A stretch of DNA of 64,000 nucleotides, from positions 62,558,001 to 62,622,000 of the forward strand of contig OX597817.1 of the NCBI GenBank assembly GCA_951406725.2. The letters are read 5' to 3'. The notes below the pieces were generated by a model. That model saw only the letters and a program-made list of their open reading frames with translations, searched no databases and had not been told where the DNA came from. The DNA comes from Octopus vulgaris (Eukaryota). Shown piece by piece: positions 59,690 to 64,000 of this stretch (the stretch's first letter is position 1; each line of letters starts with the position of its first letter). The translations under genes and the position numbers were made by a program.

Positions 59690-60358
59690 GAGGATGAAAG
59701 AGAGAGACAGACAGACAGACAGGTAAAAGGAGATAGAAAGAGGAAGAGAAATACAGAGAGAGATTGTAATAGATAGATAAATGAAGAAAGACTGAAAGAG
59801 AGATAGAGACAGACAGGCAGACAGACAGATAGACAGTGACAGAGAGTAGGAGAGTGATGAGAGTGGAAGAGCAGAGTTAAAAACAGACAGAAAATGAGTA
59901 CGAGACAGAGAGATAGGTTGAGCGTGAGGAAAGATAGAGAGAGAAAGAAAGAGAGAGAAAAAGAAAGAAAGAAAGACAGGAGAGAGAGAGAGAGAAAGAG
60001 AGATAGAGACAAAAATACAGACATGTAAACATGTAGAAAAGGTGAAATGTGAACTGAGAGCGAATGAGCAAACAATAAAGAGAGAGAGAGAGTGAGAGAG
60101 AGAGAGTGAGAGAGAGAGAGAGAGAGAGAGTGAGAGAGAGAGAGTGAGAGCAGGGGCAAAAAGAAAACGAGAAACCGTGGTACATAAATAGAAAGACAGA
60201 GAGAGAGAGAGGAAGAGAGAGGAGAGAGAGACTGAAATGTCAGAAACGGGATGGGAATCTACGTCTGTGTGTATATGTGTGCGTGTGTCTGTGTGTCTGT
60301 ATGTCACTATCTCTGTAATGACATATGTATTTAGAAATCTGTGCTTGTGACACACGAA

Positions 60359-60409
<51 letters not shown>

Positions 60410-61223
60410 TTATGTATGTATGTATGTATGTATGTATGTATGTATGTATGTATGTATGAATGTATGTATAGAGTCAGACAGATTGAGAGAAAGAGTGACA
60501 GAGAGTGATAACCTAGGTAATATACACCACATGTGTATAAATGCATATGTGCACAGACTTGTGTGTATTACAGGGAAAGGTTGAGAAAATGACAGCAGAG
60601 ATGCAGGGAAATCTTGTCATGAAAGAGAGAAAGAGATAGGTAGAAAAAAAAGTGTTGACTGACAATGTGTATGAGAAAGGACGTATCATTATGTATGTGT
60701 TTGTGTGTGTGTGTGTGTGTGTATGTGTGTGTGTGTGTGTGTGTGTTAGTGTGCCTGACAGAGAAAAGAAGAGAGTGGCAGTGACAGGAAGAGAGAAAGA
60801 GAGAGAGTAGAGGTGAGACCTAGAGATAGTGCGAGAGGTAGAGTGGACGAGCAGCGATAGAGTACAATGGTGTGTGTCTAGAGTGTATGTTTGGGATTTA
60901 CAATTAGCGTTTATAGAGACGGTGATAGTTTGTTAGGCATTATATTATTATGATATTATTATGTAAACAGCTTCTAGTATGATGTTCGCGCGTGTATTCC
61001 TACGTGTAAATATATTAATGGGAAGAAAGGTGAGTTAAAAAGAGTGATATGAAGACAGAGGAGGAGGGGGAGACTTAGAGAGAGAGAAAGAGGGAGTTGG
61101 AGAGAGTGAGAGAGAAACAGGTAGAGTGACAGAGAATGGTAGACAAAGGTAAGTAATATTAAGAGAGACAATAATGCGTGAGTGTATGTGCGTCTATCTG
61201 TGTATGTGTGAGTGTGTGCTTGT

Positions 61224-61278
<55 letters not shown>

Positions 61279-61500
61279 GCAGTACATAGATGAGAATATG
61301 TTCCTATAAAAACACACGCTCTCGTTCTCCCTCTCTCTCGTTCTCTGTCTCTTTTCTCCCTACCTCTCTCTCTTTTTCTCCCTCCTCTCCCTCTCTTTTC
61401 CTTTTCGCCTGTTTGACAGTCTGTCCCAATACCTGTCTCTCTCCTTCTCTCTCTCTCTCCTTTCATCTCTCTGTCTTCTATCAATCATATACACATAACT
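59690..61500. repeat. GA-rich, (TATG)n, (TG)n and CT-rich low-complexity field
   Basis: Directly visible; accounts for the SL-rich ORFs. Confidence 0.9.
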
Positions 61501-61632
61501 CATTTTTATGTATATATATATATATATATATATATAAATGCAAAATAAGGTCGAAGGTCGAAAACATAGTACTCAAATACCAGAGATAGAGTAATATACT
61601 CTATTAAAAAGCAGCAAAAAGTATCACAAAAG

Positions 61633-61670
61633 ACTGTTACTCAGTTTCATGTTCTCGTTCGTCGGACAGT
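61633..61670 (-). ncRNA. Candidate minimal type I hammerhead-ribozyme-like motif (variant core)
   Basis: Minus strand ACUGU-CCGACGA-ACG-AGAA-CAU-GAAA-C-UGA-G-UA-ACAGU: 5-bp stem I, CUGANGA-like box with U4>C, weak stem II, GAAA box, GUA triplet and a minimal stem III. Confidence 0.45.
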
Positions 61671-62155
61671 TTTGTTTAGGATCTAAAAAAAAAAACTTCT
61701 CAAAACCAGGAAGAAAAAAGCTGAGACGAAGACTATCGATCCAATCCATCAGTGGAAGTGTAAAAATCTATAAAACTTTCCTGAAGTTTATCATTAAAAA
61801 ATATATGAGCATGTCTAGATATGCAACTATATGCATGAGAACATATACATAAAACGAAACGTACAAATTTGCACATATACATACATGCATACATACATAC
61901 ATACATACATACATACATACATAGATACATACATACATACATACATACATGCATACATACATGCATACATGCATACATACATGCATATATACATACATGC
62001 ATACATACATACATAAATACATACATACATACATAAACGCATGTATATAGATAATTCCCTAGAAATGTACGCGTGCTTGCATGCGTGTGTGTTTGTGTGT
62101 GTTTGTCCATCTCTCTGTGCGTTTGTGTGTTTGTGTGTATACGAATATGTGCCTC

Positions 62156-62205
<50 letters not shown>

Positions 62206-63651
62206 ATGAATTGATGAATTGATGAATGGATGGAGGCATGGATGGATGGGTGGATGGGTTGCGCATAGATATGTAACTCCTTTTAGAAATGAAATATTTA
62301 ACATTCAAACATAGTTGAAAATTCTGAGAAGCATATGGGACACAAAAAAGTATATGTGTTTAATGGCACAGGGATACAATCACCAGTCTACGAAATAGCG
62401 AGATTTCTTATTAACTGAAGTGTCCTATTATTCTACTTCATTATATGTATATTTCCTATTGACTTTCAATCGTACTTGTGTATTTCTCCCCCTTCTTTTC
62501 TCTTTTTTTTTTTATGACAGCAGTCCGTGTGACCGAACTGCTGTCATCTGTGATAGTACGGATATACAGGAGGAGAAAAATGAACACTTAGTTGAAAATT
62601 ATAAAATTTTATTTAAATATTGTCCTGGTTCAAACGGGCTTAAACACTTTCCGTGGTTTCAGATAGATATATCACCACCAATACTTTTAAAGATAGTTTA
62701 TAATTTCTTTAATGTCTTATGCAATATAACGGGGGTCAACCATATGAAGTTCTTCAAATTTTGATCAGATTATTTTTAAGACATTTAGTTCCGAAGTATT
62801 TGTGCATACTGATGATGAAAATCGAATTCATTTTTGCTAGAAACCATTAATTGTGAAGTTACAATCATTTAAAGTTATATATTTTTACCCAATCGTAAAT
62901 GTCCTTTGCCAACATATCAGAAATTGTAACTATGTGTTCTCATGGAAATCAACGGAAACAAGGAAATTTCAAGCGGTTGGAATAAATTTAACAAAATCCC
63001 ATAAATATACAAACAAGAAAGAAAACGATTATTAATGATAGTAAGCTCTGCGTAGTTCTTCCCCCCAAGACATGGAATGTATTTCAAGGATTACCGGAAA
63101 AGATAAAGAAAAATTAGTTACATGATGAGCAAAGAACGAGTTTCAACATGGTCATTTGAGCTGCTCTGGACCCGCGATGCATTTATTTTATTTTATCTAG
63201 TTTCAGCTCACGAGCTGTGGCCATGCTGAGAATGAATAAACATCGAAAAAATGTATAAAATATGCGGTAATTATGAGCTCAGTTAATTATAGGTCATTAA
63301 CTTCCTAAACGTTATTTACATTGCAGGGAATCTAAGGGAGACTCACTTGCACATAATTACAGGATCGTAAATAACTGTGTTTTAACATATCTAACTGCAG
63401 AAAAATGGGAATTTCACATATTATTCATACTTTAATGTACTCAACAGCTATTTCATAAGGATAAACAACGCAAATTCCAGGAGGTGTAAATGATGGCAGC
63501 GACATCAAACTCCCTTCTTCACCAAGTGCCACATATTAGAGGAGGCTCTCAATAATAACATCGTAGCAAAAGGGCGGTACTCCAGCATGGCCACAGCGTT
63601 CACGTGAAAATGATAAAATAAACTAAAATATATATATACATATACAGACAG

Positions 63652-63729
<78 letters not shown>

Positions 63730-63765
63730 ATATATGAATACGTATATGCATATATAATTTTTTTT

Positions 63766-64000
63766 TTTTTAAATCTAGTTTCAGCTCACCAGCTGTGGCC
63801 ATGCTGGGGCACCGCCATTGGGTGTTGCTACATGATTTTACTTCACGAATGCTTTTTAGCAAATGCCATTTGGTGCATGAGAGATTTCGATGCAGCTGCC
63901 CTCATCTGCACCTCCTGCTGTGAAGTTGGGTCATCTAGAACACCCGACAGGAAGAGATCCAGTTTTATTTTAAAGACATCTGCATCCACCCCATGCAGGT
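63766..64000 (-). mobile_element. 3' end of a second CR1-type LINE family (continues beyond the window)
   Basis: Minus strand LHGVDADVFKIKLDLFLSGVLDDPTSQQEVQMRAAASKSLMHQ..* then 3' UTR GGCGGTGCCCCAGCATGGCCACAGCTGGTGAGCTGAAACTAGATTT and poly(A). A ~40-bp tail-only copy lies at ~63190-63229. Confidence 0.85.

Overview
AT-rich, microsatellite-saturated eukaryotic non-genic DNA. The tRNA-derived SINE families and repeat density suggest a cephalopod, probably octopus; this is inference, not established. Almost every ORF in the supplied track is a (TA)n/(CA)n/(GATA)n/(AAT)n artefact, and no confident intact host gene is visible. The window is a stack of transposable-element fossils: three to four SINE families in many copies; two CR1-type LINE pieces plus an older fragment; several R4/Dong-type LINE fragments; a 5'-truncated Penelope-like (Naiad-type) RT plus GIY-YIG element sitting inside (TA)n; Tc1 and mariner relics; hAT and pogo MITEs; Helitron/Helentron-like non-autonomous elements; and a probable decayed MULE transposase. 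The most notable observations are: (1) a SINE insertion whose TSD-bounded insert includes a 229-bp inverted copy of its own flank, forming a near-perfect hairpin (44064-44559); (2) a LINE 3' tail sharing sequence and a covarying stem-loop with the commonest SINE, i.e. a LINE/SINE partner pair; (3) a minimal hammerhead-ribozyme-like motif with a variant core beside a TA tract; (4) short templated local copies of nearby DNA; (5) a speculative secreted-peptide exon at about 37.8-38.0 kb.
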